Shown: positions 1-9,521 of the stretch, piece after piece | How positions within the stretch are numbered: the stretch's first letter is position 1 | How the letters are laid out: the number at the start of each line of letters is the position of its first letter | Assembly (NCBI RefSeq): GCF_000025505.1 | Contig: NC_013849.1 | Location: forward strand, 90,001 to 122,000 | Reading direction: 5' to 3' | From: Ferroglobus placidus DSM 10642 | GTDB taxonomy: Archaea > Halobacteriota > Archaeoglobi > Archaeoglobales > Archaeoglobaceae | Length of the DNA stretch: 32,000 nt | Notes under the pieces: model-generated | The model's database searches: none | The model's input: the letters and a program-made list of their open reading frames with translations, nothing else | What the model was told of the DNA's origin: nothing | Program-made: the position numbers and the translations under genes

Positions 1-87
1 ATCTCCGAGAAAGGAGATCTTGCTCTTTGAAACTAAAGCCTCTCCCCTTGCAAAGCCTTTCGAAACGCCTCTTGCTTTAATCCTCAA
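1..87 (-). CDS. Aconitase-X swivel domain / small subunit (DUF126-type), partial: 5' end only, runs off window start
   Basis: Reverse-strand translation from a TTG at 87 reads (M)RIKARGVSKGFARGEALVSKSKISFLGD, the typical N-terminus of the small subunit; it overlaps the stop of the large-subunit gene at 77. Confidence 0.8.
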   Translation of the reverse strand, partial: MRIKARGVSKGFARGEALVSKSKISFLGD

Positions 88-1210
88 GGGTAGCCCACCT
101 CACGCAATCCTCAAGCGAGGCAAAAGTTGCATTAACTTTTCTCAGCTTCGGCAAATACTCTAAAGCTTTTCCGCTGTTCACCATGACGCAGCTGAATTTT
201 TCACTTGCCGGGGAAACGACCATGCACGTGTCGGAAAAGACTTTTCCACCGAGCTCTTCTATCTTTCTCACGAGATCCGAGCACTGCTCTTTGATTTCCC
301 TTGAAGTAAATATCCAGAGATTTCTCTTAGCTTTCCCGTACTTTTTAAGCAGTTCGTAAATTTTTTCAAGTTCTTGTTTCGAAACGTGCGGACAGCCTAT
401 CGCTATTAAATCCGGAGAGCACTTCTCAAATTCAGCTTCATCTATCTCTATCTTTTCTTTCGGAGTTTCGAAGTCTCTCCATTCCGGAGTCAGCTTTGCT
501 GCGTGAAACATAGAGCAAGAAGAAGTCGACGCTAAAGCCGCTCCGAATAGCTTCAATTCCTCTTCAGATGGCTTTCTACTGAATTCCACGAGGGGGATTT
601 CTCCTTCCTTCAAAACTCTTCCAAGTTCTAATCCGGCTAAAGCGAAGTTTTCACCCTTAATTTTAACTAAAACCGTAGGAGCCCTGTTTTCTTTTACATG
701 CAGACCGTAATACGGAGTTTTTCCGATAACGGCTGCTGCCAAAGCAGTAATTCCGCTCTCCCTGTTTGTTCTCGCTCCTATTATCGAATTTGCGTAAACA
801 ACAGCTGAACTCTCAGCCCAAGCGAGGTGGTCGTCCTTTTTTACTTCTACCAAGTAGTATGGGGTGCACGTAAGTGTGAGCTTTACACCCATTCTCTCGA
901 AGGCTTTGATTATCCTCAACTGCTTTTCCCGGTAGCTTTCCTCTATTCCCATTTCCCTCCATCTCTCCAAATCAAATCCCGCCGGATTGAGAAAAGCGTC
1001 GACGGAAACTTTCACATCCAAGCTCTCGAGCCATTCCAACCCAGCTTCTCCAATGTTGCTGTAGGAAACTCCGGAAATCTGAGCGCTCTTTATTTCTATC
1101 AGTTTTTCAGCCCCGAATATTTCTCCAACAGCCACAAGTATTTCCATGCACTTTCTAATACCTTCGTTTGGGCTTTCGAGAAGCTTTTCCTCTTCCTTTG
1201 TTAGAAACAT
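77..1210 (-). CDS. Aconitase X catalytic (large) subunit; in archaea likely phosphomevalonate dehydratase large subunit
   Basis: 377-aa ORF with aconitase-X features (LTCTPYYLVEV, SSAVVYANSIIGARTNRESG, IGCPHVSKQEL, FSDTCMVV); small subunit directly downstream. Confidence 0.88.
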   Translation of the reverse strand: MFLTKEEEKLLESPNEGIRKCMEILVAVGEIFGAEKLIEIKSAQISGVSYSNIGEAGLEWLESLDVKVSVDAFLNPAGFDLERWREMGIEESYREKQLRIIKAFERMGVKLTLTCTPYYLVEVKKDDHLAWAESSAVVYANSIIGARTNRESGITALAAAVIGKTPYYGLHVKENRAPTVLVKIKGENFALAGLELGRVLKEGEIPLVEFSRKPSEEELKLFGAALASTSSCSMFHAAKLTPEWRDFETPKEKIEIDEAEFEKCSPDLIAIGCPHVSKQELEKIYELLKKYGKAKRNLWIFTSREIKEQCSDLVRKIEELGGKVFSDTCMVVSPASEKFSCVMVNSGKALEYLPKLRKVNATFASLEDCVRWATLED

Positions 1211-1270
1211 TTACTCCCACTTTTCGGAGGAACTATTTAAGGTCTTCCGTCAAAAGAGATTTATTCTCAC

Positions 1271-3493
1271 ATGTGGATGATTCAATTCATGGAAAATCGG
1301 GTAAAAATTACGCTCAGCAGAGATTTGTCTCTTTTCGACATAACCATGATCGGTATTGCTGGGATGATCGGTGCTGGTATTTTCGCTTTAACTGGCATCG
1401 CCGCAGGAATTGCTGGTCCGGCAATTTTGATAGCTTTTCTCTTTAACGGGATTATCGCCACATTCACGGGTTTGGCTTACGCTGAACTCGGCTCAGCGAT
1501 CCCTCAGGCTGGAGGAGGTTACGTTTGGATAAAAGAAGCTCTCGGAAATTACGCCGGTTTTATGGCTGGCTGGGTAGATTGGGCAGCACATACAATTGCT
1601 TGCTCCCTTTATGCTGTGATTTTCGGAGCTTTCCTCTCCGAATTTTTGGTAAGATTTGTGGGATTGAACTTTCCTCAGAATGTTTTAGCTAAGGTCTCTT
1701 CACTTCTCATAGTTTCTTTTCTTGCTTACGTGAACTTTGTAGGAGTGAAAGAAAGTGGTAAACTTGGAGGAATTGTCACGCTATTAAAAATAATCATCCT
1801 GCTTGTTTTCGCCTTTTTCGGATTAAGCAGAACTTTCAGCTATCCTGACTGGGAGAGCGCATTTCAGCCTTTCATGCCCCACGGCTTTGTTGGAGTTCTC
1901 GCTGCCATGGGTTTGACTTTCATCGCTTTTGAAGGTTTCGAAATAATAGTTCAGAGTGGAGAGGAGGTAAAGAATCCGGAGAAAAACATCCCGAAAGCTA
2001 TAGTCGTCTCTCTTTGGGTTACCGTGGCAATATACATTTTAGTCGCATTTTCTTTGCTCGGAGCAGTAAGAGCTGAAGTACCGAGCTGGGAGTATCTCGG
2101 TCAGCTTGCAGAGTTCAGTCTTATTAGGGTGGCTGACGAAATAATGCCTCTTGGAGGAGTTTTGATAATCGCTGGTGGTTTGATATCAACTATAAGTGCG
2201 ATGAACGCAACAATTTACTCATCCTCGCGAGTGATTTTTGCTTTGAGCAGGTCGGGATACTTGCACAAAGCTTTGGCTGCGATAAACGAGAAAACGAAAA
2301 CTCCCCACCTTGCCATTCTTTTCAGCTACATAATCATAGCGACAGCCTCCTTAGCCCCTATTGAAGCTGTAGCATCCGCAGCAAGCCTGATGTTCATCCT
2401 ACTCTTCATGTTCGTAAACTCAGCCTTGGTCGTTCTCAGACTGAGAAGACCGGATTTGAAAAGAAGTTTTAAAGTTCCTCTCGTCCCATTTCTTCCCGTT
2501 TTAACGCTAACCCTACAGGTTGTCATAACGTACTTTTTAGTCACCCAGCTGGAGCACGGAGTTCTAATCGCTCTCCTCGTCCTCGCTTGGATATTTTTTG
2601 GCTCTCTCGTGTACTACGCTTATTCTGAGAAAGAGATGGAAAAGAGGATTGAAGAGGAGATTAAGACAGTCTATAAGGAGATACCGATAGAAGAAAAACC
2701 CTACAGAATCCTTGTTCCGATAGCCAATCCGGCAATTGCAAAGAAGCTCGTAAACTTCGCAAAAATCATTGCAAAGAAGAGGGACGGAGAGATTATAGTT
2801 GCGAACATAGTAAGATTGCCTTACCAGACACCTTTGACAGCAGCTCTTGGGGAGATTAGTAAGGCTAAAAAGATGGTTTCTGAGCTTTTAAATCAGGAAG
2901 TTCCGGTTGGAGGGGTTGTAGCAGTAGGACACTCAGTTCCGGAAGCGATTCTCAACCTCGTGGACGAATTAAAGCCGAATTTGATAGTCATGGGCTGGAG
3001 AGGTAGAACTTTCAGGAAAGACGTTGTTCTCGGAAGCACGATAGACCCGGTTCTCGTCAAAGCAAAGTGTGACGTTGTCGTCATAAAGTTCGGAGCTAAT
3101 TCGCTTTCCTTTGAGAGAATTCTCATCCCCACCGCCGGAGGACCTCACGCAATTCTGGCTTGCGAAATAGCAAGAGATCTGGCAAGGGAAAACTCGGAAA
3201 TAGATTTGATGTATGTCGGAAAAAGTGAAAAAGAGAGGAATTTGGCTGAGAAAGCTTTTAAAGAGGCTGAAGAGATTCTTGGAAAAGCAAGGGTTTCGAA
3301 AAAGTTCGAGATTCACAGCAACCCTGCTGAGAGGATTGCCGAAGAAGCTGAAAAGCACGATGTAACTATAATAGGCGCTTCTGAAAAACCGTTTCTTCAG
3401 AATTTCCTTTTTGGACTATTCCCTGAAAAGATAGTCAGAAAGACGAGTAAAACGGTAGCGATGACGAGGAAGTGGGTGAGGCTGATAGCTTGA
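1271..3493 (+). CDS. APC-family amino acid permease with C-terminal tandem UspA-like domains (start may be the ATG at 1289)
   Basis: 740-aa ORF: GIAGMIGAGIFALTG permease N-terminus, about 12 hydrophobic segments, then YRILVPIANP...VVAVGHSVPEAI...LIVMGWRGRTFRKDVVLGSTIDPVLVKAKCDVVVIK (Usp-like) and a second Usp-like stretch. Confidence 0.85.
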   Translation: MWMIQFMENRVKITLSRDLSLFDITMIGIAGMIGAGIFALTGIAAGIAGPAILIAFLFNGIIATFTGLAYAELGSAIPQAGGGYVWIKEALGNYAGFMAGWVDWAAHTIACSLYAVIFGAFLSEFLVRFVGLNFPQNVLAKVSSLLIVSFLAYVNFVGVKESGKLGGIVTLLKIIILLVFAFFGLSRTFSYPDWESAFQPFMPHGFVGVLAAMGLTFIAFEGFEIIVQSGEEVKNPEKNIPKAIVVSLWVTVAIYILVAFSLLGAVRAEVPSWEYLGQLAEFSLIRVADEIMPLGGVLIIAGGLISTISAMNATIYSSSRVIFALSRSGYLHKALAAINEKTKTPHLAILFSYIIIATASLAPIEAVASAASLMFILLFMFVNSALVVLRLRRPDLKRSFKVPLVPFLPVLTLTLQVVITYFLVTQLEHGVLIALLVLAWIFFGSLVYYAYSEKEMEKRIEEEIKTVYKEIPIEEKPYRILVPIANPAIAKKLVNFAKIIAKKRDGEIIVANIVRLPYQTPLTAALGEISKAKKMVSELLNQEVPVGGVVAVGHSVPEAILNLVDELKPNLIVMGWRGRTFRKDVVLGSTIDPVLVKAKCDVVVIKFGANSLSFERILIPTAGGPHAILACEIARDLARENSEIDLMYVGKSEKERNLAEKAFKEAEEILGKARVSKKFEIHSNPAERIAEEAEKHDVTIIGASEKPFLQNFLFGLFPEKIVRKTSKTVAMTRKWVRLIA

Positions 3494-3541
3494 GGGAAAA
3501 AAATCGGATTCTGGGAAGCGTTCAGCATAGGAGTAGGGGGA

Positions 3542-4387
3542 ATGATTGGAGGAGGGATTTTCGCCGTTTTAGGCTTGAGCGTTCAGTATTCTAAAGGTCT
3601 TGCTCCGCTGGCATTTCTAATCTCTGGAGTTATCGCTCTCTTAACTTCCTATTCCTACGCTAAACTAACTGTCAGGTTTCCCAGCAGAGGAGGTACAATA
3701 GAATTCCTTGTGAAAGCTTACGGGACGGATGTTTTTTCGGGCACGCTCAACCTTTTGTTGCTCGCAAGCTACATAATAATGATTTCGCTCTACTCTTACG
3801 CTTTTGGGAGCTATGCAACGAATCTCTTTAATTTTCAATTTCCTTTCCTCAAACATCTTCTCATATCCTTTCCTATTATCGCTTTTACTCTCGTAAACGC
3901 TTACGGAGCTGTGGTGAGCGGAAGAGCTGAAGATGTCCTTGTTGCTTTCAAAGTTATTGTTTTGGTTGTTGTAGCCGTGGCTGGATTAGGATACATAAAC
4001 CCCAAAAGGTTCTCCGAAGTGGAAGCCGGATTTGCAGATGTGATTGTTGGTGGAATGATAATATTTCTCGCTTACGAGGGTTTTGAGCTTATCGCAAATG
4101 CTGGAAGTGATGTTGAAAAGCCCGAGGTTTTGAGGAAAGCTTTCTTCGCCTCGGTTTTGTTCGTTATCGTAATTTACGTTCTTGTGGCAGTGGTGGCGGT
4201 GGGCAATTTGAGTTATCAGGAAATAATTTCCTCAAGAGACTACGCTCTTGCTGAAGCTGCTAAACCCTCTCTTGGGGAGATGGGATTTCTCCTCGTAACT
4301 TTTGCAGCCGTCGTTTCAACAAGCTCAGCCATAAACGCAACTCTGTACGGTACAGCCGGAATCAGTTACATGGTGGCAAAATACTGA
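3542..4387 (+). CDS. N-terminal permease fragment of the disrupted APC transporter (281 aa open segment)
   Basis: Supplied ORF; homologous APC N-terminal half, ends at a premature TGA. Confidence 0.6.
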   Translation: MIGGGIFAVLGLSVQYSKGLAPLAFLISGVIALLTSYSYAKLTVRFPSRGGTIEFLVKAYGTDVFSGTLNLLLLASYIIMISLYSYAFGSYATNLFNFQFPFLKHLLISFPIIAFTLVNAYGAVVSGRAEDVLVAFKVIVLVVVAVAGLGYINPKRFSEVEAGFADVIVGGMIIFLAYEGFELIANAGSDVEKPEVLRKAFFASVLFVIVIYVLVAVVAVGNLSYQEIISSRDYALAEAAKPSLGEMGFLLVTFAAVVSTSSAINATLYGTAGISYMVAKY

Positions 4388-4438
4388 CAGCTTCCAGAAT
4401 TTGTTGAAAAACCGGTATGGAGGAAGGCTTACGAAGGT

Positions 4439-5080
4439 TTGGTTTCTGTATCTCTTCTTTCCCTGATTCTGGCGAATACTGCAAGTTTGGAAGAAATATC
4501 AACAGCTGGAAGCAGTGCTTTTCTACTAATCTTTTTCTTCGTCAACGTCGCGGCGCTTAGACTGAAAAGGTATTTAAAAATGAGAGCCGGGCTACCTTTA
4601 GCTGGAGCCGCTATGAGTTTAATCTCGCTCGCAATTCTCCTTTTCAGAATGGCTGAGGAAAGTATAGGGAGTCTTTACATGCTCCTTTTTATCGTACTCG
4701 GATGTTTTTTGCTCGAGTTATCGTACAGAACGCTTACCGGAAGAAAGATGGGAGAGTTCATAGACTCTGGACTGAAGAAGAGGGAGAAAAACTTGGCTGA
4801 GTGGGAGAGCTGGGTTAAAAACTTTGCAAAAAATCTCAGCAAACTTGTTGAGGACGTGGAAATCTATCTGGTTGGGAGTCATGCGAGGGGGGAGAAAGAG
4901 AAGTCTCACGACGTCGATCTTCTCGTGTTTTCCGATAAACTCGATTACTCTCAGCTTGAGGAGGCTAAGAGAAATGCCAGATTGAGCAAGTACCATCCCC
5001 TTCATCTACACATCGAAAGTAGAAAAAAGAGAGATGAAGCTTTAAGAAGGGCTAAGCGTAGCATTAGAATTGAACCCTAA
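4439..5080 (+). CDS. C-terminal fragment of the APC transporter: last membrane helices plus nucleotidyltransferase-like domain (GSHARGE...HDVDLLVF at about 4874-4930)
   Basis: Same reading frame as 3542..4387; translation continues permease sequence and then VEIYLVGSHARGEKEKSHDVDLLVFSDKLD. Confidence 0.6.
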   Translation: MVSVSLLSLILANTASLEEISTAGSSAFLLIFFFVNVAALRLKRYLKMRAGLPLAGAAMSLISLAILLFRMAEESIGSLYMLLFIVLGCFLLELSYRTLTGRKMGEFIDSGLKKREKNLAEWESWVKNFAKNLSKLVEDVEIYLVGSHARGEKEKSHDVDLLVFSDKLDYSQLEEAKRNARLSKYHPLHLHIESRKKRDEALRRAKRSIRIEP

Positions 5081-5110
5081 CTTTTTATTAACAACCTCTC
5101 TTCTCTCTTC

Positions 5111-5821
5111 GTGGAACCTCCAGAAGACAGAGAGATGGAACTCAGGGAGCATCTTGCCGAGCTCAGAACGAGAGTAATCCGTTCTCTCATCTCTTTACTC
5201 ATTTTCATGGGGTTATATTTCTACAAATCGGACGAGCTGATGTATTTGTATTGGAACAACATTCTTCCCGGACGGGAGATGGTAGCGTATTCCCCAACTG
5301 AGCCTATCGTGGCTAAAATAGTCTTTTCCTTCTTCCTCGCTTTTATAACCGCTTACCCCCACATAATGTACGAAGTCTACCTGTTTATGAAACCCGGGTT
5401 GTACGAGCACGAAAGAAAGTTCATGAAGACCTTTATTCCTCTCTCCTACGCTTTCTTCCTCGTTGGAGTGGGAATCGCTTATTTCATCATCCTTCCAAAA
5501 CTTTACGGAGCGGTAGCCGTGGAAATGCTTGGAGCAGAACCCTATCTTTCGATAAAAAAGACTCTCTACAATTCCCTGAAAATTTGCGCCGCCTTAGGCT
5601 TGTCGATGCAGCTTCCTGTAATTGCAGCTATTGCCGTGAGAATCGGGCTGGTAAGCTCCAAATGGTTGAGGGAGAAAAGGTTAATAATATATTTGGCAGT
5701 TCTTATTCTCGCAACTAACATGAGTCTGGACATAACCGGACTGAGCCAGATAATCGTGTTAGCGGTGTTCGTTGTGATGTACGAAGTAAGCATCTTTGTA
5801 TCATCCTTGGCTGAGAAGTGA
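5111..5821 (+). CDS. tatC: Sec-independent (twin-arginine) translocase subunit TatC
   Basis: 236 aa, GTG start; MELREHLAELRTRVIRSL N-terminus, six predicted hydrophobic segments, FYKSDEL...PTEPIVAKI...KPGLYEHERKF. Confidence 0.92.
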   Translation: MEPPEDREMELREHLAELRTRVIRSLISLLIFMGLYFYKSDELMYLYWNNILPGREMVAYSPTEPIVAKIVFSFFLAFITAYPHIMYEVYLFMKPGLYEHERKFMKTFIPLSYAFFLVGVGIAYFIILPKLYGAVAVEMLGAEPYLSIKKTLYNSLKICAALGLSMQLPVIAAIAVRIGLVSSKWLREKRLIIYLAVLILATNMSLDITGLSQIIVLAVFVVMYEVSIFVSSLAEK

Positions 5822-7132
5822 TTGAAAATGAGGATCGTTATCGCTGGGGCTGGAGAAGTAGGTTACAACATAGCGAAAGACGTCTCGGATGCCCATGAAG
5901 TTGTCGTAATCGAATCGGACGAGGAGAAGATTATAGATCTCGAAAGGCTCAATGTGGAAACGATAATCGGAAACGCTGCGAACGTTGAAATTTTAAAAAA
6001 GGCAGAGGTCAAGAAAGCAGATATATTTGTGGCAGTAACGGGAAATGACGAGGTAAACCTTCTTTCTGGTTTAGCAGCTAAAAAGCTCGGAGCTGAAAAG
6101 GTAATAGTTAGAGTTGGGAATCCGGAGTACGTGGACAGACCGGTGATAAAAAATCATCCCCTCGGCTACGACATACTTCTCTGCCCTCAGCTCGTTTTAG
6201 CCACTGAGATAGCGAAGCTCATAACGATTCCCGGTGCTGTTTACTTCGCCTCGATAGAGGACTTGGAAGTTGTTGAGCTGCAAGTCTCTGAAAATTCTCC
6301 GATAGCTGGAAAGAGGATAGCGGAAATAAACATACCGGAGGGAATAATTATTGGAGCGATCCACAGAGGGAACGAAATAATCGTCCCGAAAGGGGAGGAG
6401 AGAATTTTCCCCGGAGACAGACTGGCTGTTATAGGGTGGAGCGGGCAAACTGGTGTGGCGAGAAGAATCATGGGAATTCCGGTTGTTAAGAACGTCGTGA
6501 TTTTCGGAGGAGGCACAGTCGGCAGCTACCTTGCGAGAATGCTCGATAAAAGTAGTTTGAACATAAAGCTGATAGATTCAAACGAGAGGAGATGTGAAGA
6601 GCTTTGCTCAATGCTCAGGAGAACGAAGGTGATCTACGGAGACGCTACAGACATGGATCTGTTAATCGAAGAGGAAGTCGGTAAGAGTGACGTGGTCGTT
6701 GCAGCAACGGACAGCGACGAGAAAAACCTTCTATCATCGCTGTTAGCAAAAAACCTCGGAGCTAAGAAAGCTATTGCGAGGGTTGAAAAAGGAAAATACG
6801 TGGAGCTTTTCGAGAAAGTCGGTGTGGATGTGGCGTTGTCTCCGAGGAAAGTCACGTACCTCGAAGTTATGAGGCAGCTGAGGTTGATGAGGGTAGAAAC
6901 ACTCGGCGATTACGAAGCAAGCATAGCGGTGCTTGAGTACGTGGCGTCTAAGAAACTTGACGGGAAAAAGATAAGGGAGATAAAGTTTCCGGAGAACACG
7001 ATAGTTGGAGCGATAAAAAGGAACGGAGAGATAATCATACCGAGAGGAGATACGGAAATAAAGCTCGGAGACAGGCTATACATTCTCACCTCGTGGAGGA
7101 ACGTTGAAAAGGTAGACAAGATGCTATCATGA
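5822..7132 (+). CDS. trkA: Trk-type potassium uptake regulatory protein TrkA (two TrkA-N/TrkA-C repeats)
   Basis: 436 aa; MRIVIAGAGEVGYNIAKDV Rossmann motif, second NVVIFGGGTVGSYLARML; followed by trkH. Confidence 0.92.
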   Translation: MKMRIVIAGAGEVGYNIAKDVSDAHEVVVIESDEEKIIDLERLNVETIIGNAANVEILKKAEVKKADIFVAVTGNDEVNLLSGLAAKKLGAEKVIVRVGNPEYVDRPVIKNHPLGYDILLCPQLVLATEIAKLITIPGAVYFASIEDLEVVELQVSENSPIAGKRIAEINIPEGIIIGAIHRGNEIIVPKGEERIFPGDRLAVIGWSGQTGVARRIMGIPVVKNVVIFGGGTVGSYLARMLDKSSLNIKLIDSNERRCEELCSMLRRTKVIYGDATDMDLLIEEEVGKSDVVVAATDSDEKNLLSSLLAKNLGAKKAIARVEKGKYVELFEKVGVDVALSPRKVTYLEVMRQLRLMRVETLGDYEASIAVLEYVASKKLDGKKIREIKFPENTIVGAIKRNGEIIIPRGDTEIKLGDRLYILTSWRNVEKVDKMLS

Positions 7133-8559
7133 ACAGAAAAGCCGTTCTAAACGTTCTCGGGAGAATTCTCCTTTACTTTTCCCTCGTGTTTATTATTCCG
7201 GTAGCCGTGGCTTTTTATTACGAAGAAAGCACGAAGCCGTTCTTAATTTCTATGGCAGCATCATTTTTCCTCGGATTTCTATTTTACTTCGTTTCGAGGA
7301 AAGCTGAAATCGAGATCAGATACAAGGAAGGGTACGCAATAGTCGGACTGGGATGGTTGCTCGTTTCGATGATAGGAGCAGTTCCGTATCTTTTTGTCGG
7401 GCTCGATTACTTTGATGCTTTCTTCGAAGCTATGTCTGGATTTACGACAACCGGAGCGACAGTTTTCGATTCCGTAGAAGACCTCCCGAAATCGATTTTG
7501 ATTTGGAGGAGCCTGACTCAATGGCTCGGAGGTATGGGAATAATAGTTTTATTTGTAGCGATCCTCCCCTCTTTAGCGAAAAGTGGCTACGCTTTGCTGC
7601 AGGCTGAAGTACCGGGAATAAAGCTAACGAGGCTGAAGCCGAGGCTTAGGGACACGGCTATTACCCTTTACCTAATTTATCTATTCTTCACCCTGCTCGA
7701 AGCGGCAATCTTGAAGTTTCTCGGAGTGAGTTTGTTCGATGCTATAAACCACGCTTTCACAACTCTATCCACCGGAGGTTTCTCAACGCACACAGAAAGC
7801 ATAGCTTATTATAACAATCCAGCCATAGAGGCGACGATTTTCGTTTTCATGATCATAGGTGGGACGAACTTCGCTCTTTTTTATTATATTTTTAATAGGA
7901 ACTTCAAAATACTCGAAGATGCGGAGTTCAAAGCCTATATACTGATTCTCTTAACAGCTTCAGCAATTCTAACGGTGATAAACTTTGAAGAGCTGAACCT
8001 CCAAGCTTTAAGGTACTCCTTCTTTCAGGCAGCGAGCGTAATGACCACCACCGGCTACACCACTGCCGATTTCGATCAGTGGAACGATGCGGCGAAAATT
8101 CTGCTTTTAATGCTCATGTTCGTGGGCGGCTCTTCCGGCTCCACTGGAGGTGGGATAAAAGTGATAAGAATCTATCTCCTCTCTACTTACTCCCTCCTTC
8201 AGATAATGAAGAGCGCCGAGCCGAGAACGGTTAGGGTCGTTAAGTATGGGGAAGAAATAGTTGAAAAAGAAGCTTTTTCAGCCATCACGTCTTTCTTTTC
8301 CTTATACATAATGATTTTCGCAATCTCCTCCTTCCTAATTTCTCTATTCGGTTACGACCTCCTCACGTCTATTTCTGCTGTTGCTGCTTGTATAAACAAC
8401 GTAGGACCGGGAATGGGGCTTGTCGGAGCGAGCGAAAGCTATTCAGCTTTGCACGACTTGGCTAAGCTGATTCTGTCTATTGACATGTGGGTCGGAAGGC
8501 TTGAGGTTTTCACGGTCTTAGCTTTATTTATCCCTTCCTTCTGGAGGGAGAAGTGGTAG
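7129..8559 (+). CDS. trkH: Trk potassium transporter membrane subunit TrkH/TrkG
   Basis: 476 aa; MSGFTTTGATV, THAFTTLSTGGFSTH, SVMTTTGYTT, GGSSGSTGGGIKVIR, NNVGPGMG selectivity-loop repeats; overlaps trkA by 4 bp. Confidence 0.93.
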   Translation: MNRKAVLNVLGRILLYFSLVFIIPVAVAFYYEESTKPFLISMAASFFLGFLFYFVSRKAEIEIRYKEGYAIVGLGWLLVSMIGAVPYLFVGLDYFDAFFEAMSGFTTTGATVFDSVEDLPKSILIWRSLTQWLGGMGIIVLFVAILPSLAKSGYALLQAEVPGIKLTRLKPRLRDTAITLYLIYLFFTLLEAAILKFLGVSLFDAINHAFTTLSTGGFSTHTESIAYYNNPAIEATIFVFMIIGGTNFALFYYIFNRNFKILEDAEFKAYILILLTASAILTVINFEELNLQALRYSFFQAASVMTTTGYTTADFDQWNDAAKILLLMLMFVGGSSGSTGGGIKVIRIYLLSTYSLLQIMKSAEPRTVRVVKYGEEIVEKEAFSAITSFFSLYIMIFAISSFLISLFGYDLLTSISAVAACINNVGPGMGLVGASESYSALHDLAKLILSIDMWVGRLEVFTVLALFIPSFWREKW

Positions 8560-9066
8560 TCAGCTGATCACTATCTTCTCCACGCCTTCTACTTTCAAAA
8601 ATTCATCCACAAGCTTTCCCGGGATTTTCGTCTCAGTCACTATCACAAGTTTGCTTTCGATGCTCAAGTCCGGATCTTCGGCAAGCATGTACCTTATGCT
8701 TATGTTTTCCCTTGCGAGAATTGAGGAAATAGCTGCCACTATCCCGACCTTTCTGCTGTCGGCGTAAACCTCAAGAACTCCGAAACCAAGAATTCTGGCT
8801 ACTTCCGCTATGTTAGCAACCGGCTTTAAAGAGGAGTAAACCCTCCTAAGTTCTTCGTCACTCTCTATATTTTGTATCGCCATAACTACAACTTTCCTGT
8901 CCACACCAAGGGCTTCGGCTATTTTTGTAGGCACAAGTTCTATATTTCCGCAGTAAGCCTTCCCGTTTTTCACGGATATACCCAACCTCAAAAATTCTTT
9001 GGCAACGACTATTTGCGAAGGATACTTCTCGAACTTCTCCACGAGCTTGCTCCACATGAGGATCAC
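8560..9066 (-). CDS. ACT-domain protein, predicted regulator of amino acid metabolism
   Basis: 168 aa; N-terminal small domain then C-terminal ACT-like region (VGIVAAISSILARENISIRYMLAEDPDLSIESKLVIVTE); overlaps pyrI. Confidence 0.65.
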   Translation of the reverse strand: MILMWSKLVEKFEKYPSQIVVAKEFLRLGISVKNGKAYCGNIELVPTKIAEALGVDRKVVVMAIQNIESDEELRRVYSSLKPVANIAEVARILGFGVLEVYADSRKVGIVAAISSILARENISIRYMLAEDPDLSIESKLVIVTETKIPGKLVDEFLKVEGVEKIVIS

Positions 9067-9521
9067 TCCAGATTGTCTTCGAAATTTGAAAACCTTCTTC
9101 CGCAGTATTCGCAGACTGCAAAAAGCGTACTCTTTTTAACTATTTTAAACTTGGGAGTTATCGGTTCTCTCTCAGCGTTGCTTATGCAGTTTCTGTTCGG
9201 ACATCTTAATATACCTTCCAATTTTTCTGGAGGAGTTACCTTGAATTTTTTCACAATTTTGTAATCCTTTATTATGTTTATAGTGGCTCCCGGAGCTATG
9301 AGCGCTATTTTGTTCAGCTCTTCCTCTCCGAGAAACTTTCCCTCAACTTTCACGATGTCTTTCTTCCCCATCTTCTTGCTCGGAACGTTCATTGCTAAGG
9401 AGACGGTCTCTTTGCTTCCCTTATCTATCCCGAGTATTTTCAAAACGAGGGGAGCTTTGCCAGCGTTAATGTGATCTATTACGGTTCCTTCCCTAATCTT
9501 GCTAATTGTCAGTTGCTCCAT
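9063..9521 (-). CDS. pyrI: Aspartate carbamoyltransferase regulatory subunit
   Basis: 152 aa; IREGTVIDHINAGKAPLVLKILGI and zinc Cys motifs CPNRNCIS...CEYCGRRF. Confidence 0.95.
   Translation of the reverse strand: MEQLTISKIREGTVIDHINAGKAPLVLKILGIDKGSKETVSLAMNVPSKKMGKKDIVKVEGKFLGEEELNKIALIAPGATINIIKDYKIVKKFKVTPPEKLEGILRCPNRNCISNAEREPITPKFKIVKKSTLFAVCEYCGRRFSNFEDNLE

Larger units (their letters stand above)
3490..5080 (+). pseudogene. APC-family amino acid permease with C-terminal nucleotidyltransferase-like domain; interrupted by an apparent 1-bp frameshift near the start and an in-frame TGA at 4385-4387
   Basis: Frame 2 after the upstream stop reads GKKIGFWEAFSIGVGGMIGGGIFAVLGL without a start codon; the overlapping TTG (3490) is one base out of frame across AGGGAAAAAAATC. 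The same frame reads ...YMVAKY*QLPEFVEKPVWRKAYEGLVSVSLL... and continues open to 5080. Confidence 0.8.

Noticed and set aside
4385-4387. In-frame TGA as a selenocysteine codon
   Set aside because: The position in APC permeases is not a redox site, no SECIS-like context was recognised, and a Gly-to-stop substitution explains it simply. A genome check for selC/selB would settle it.
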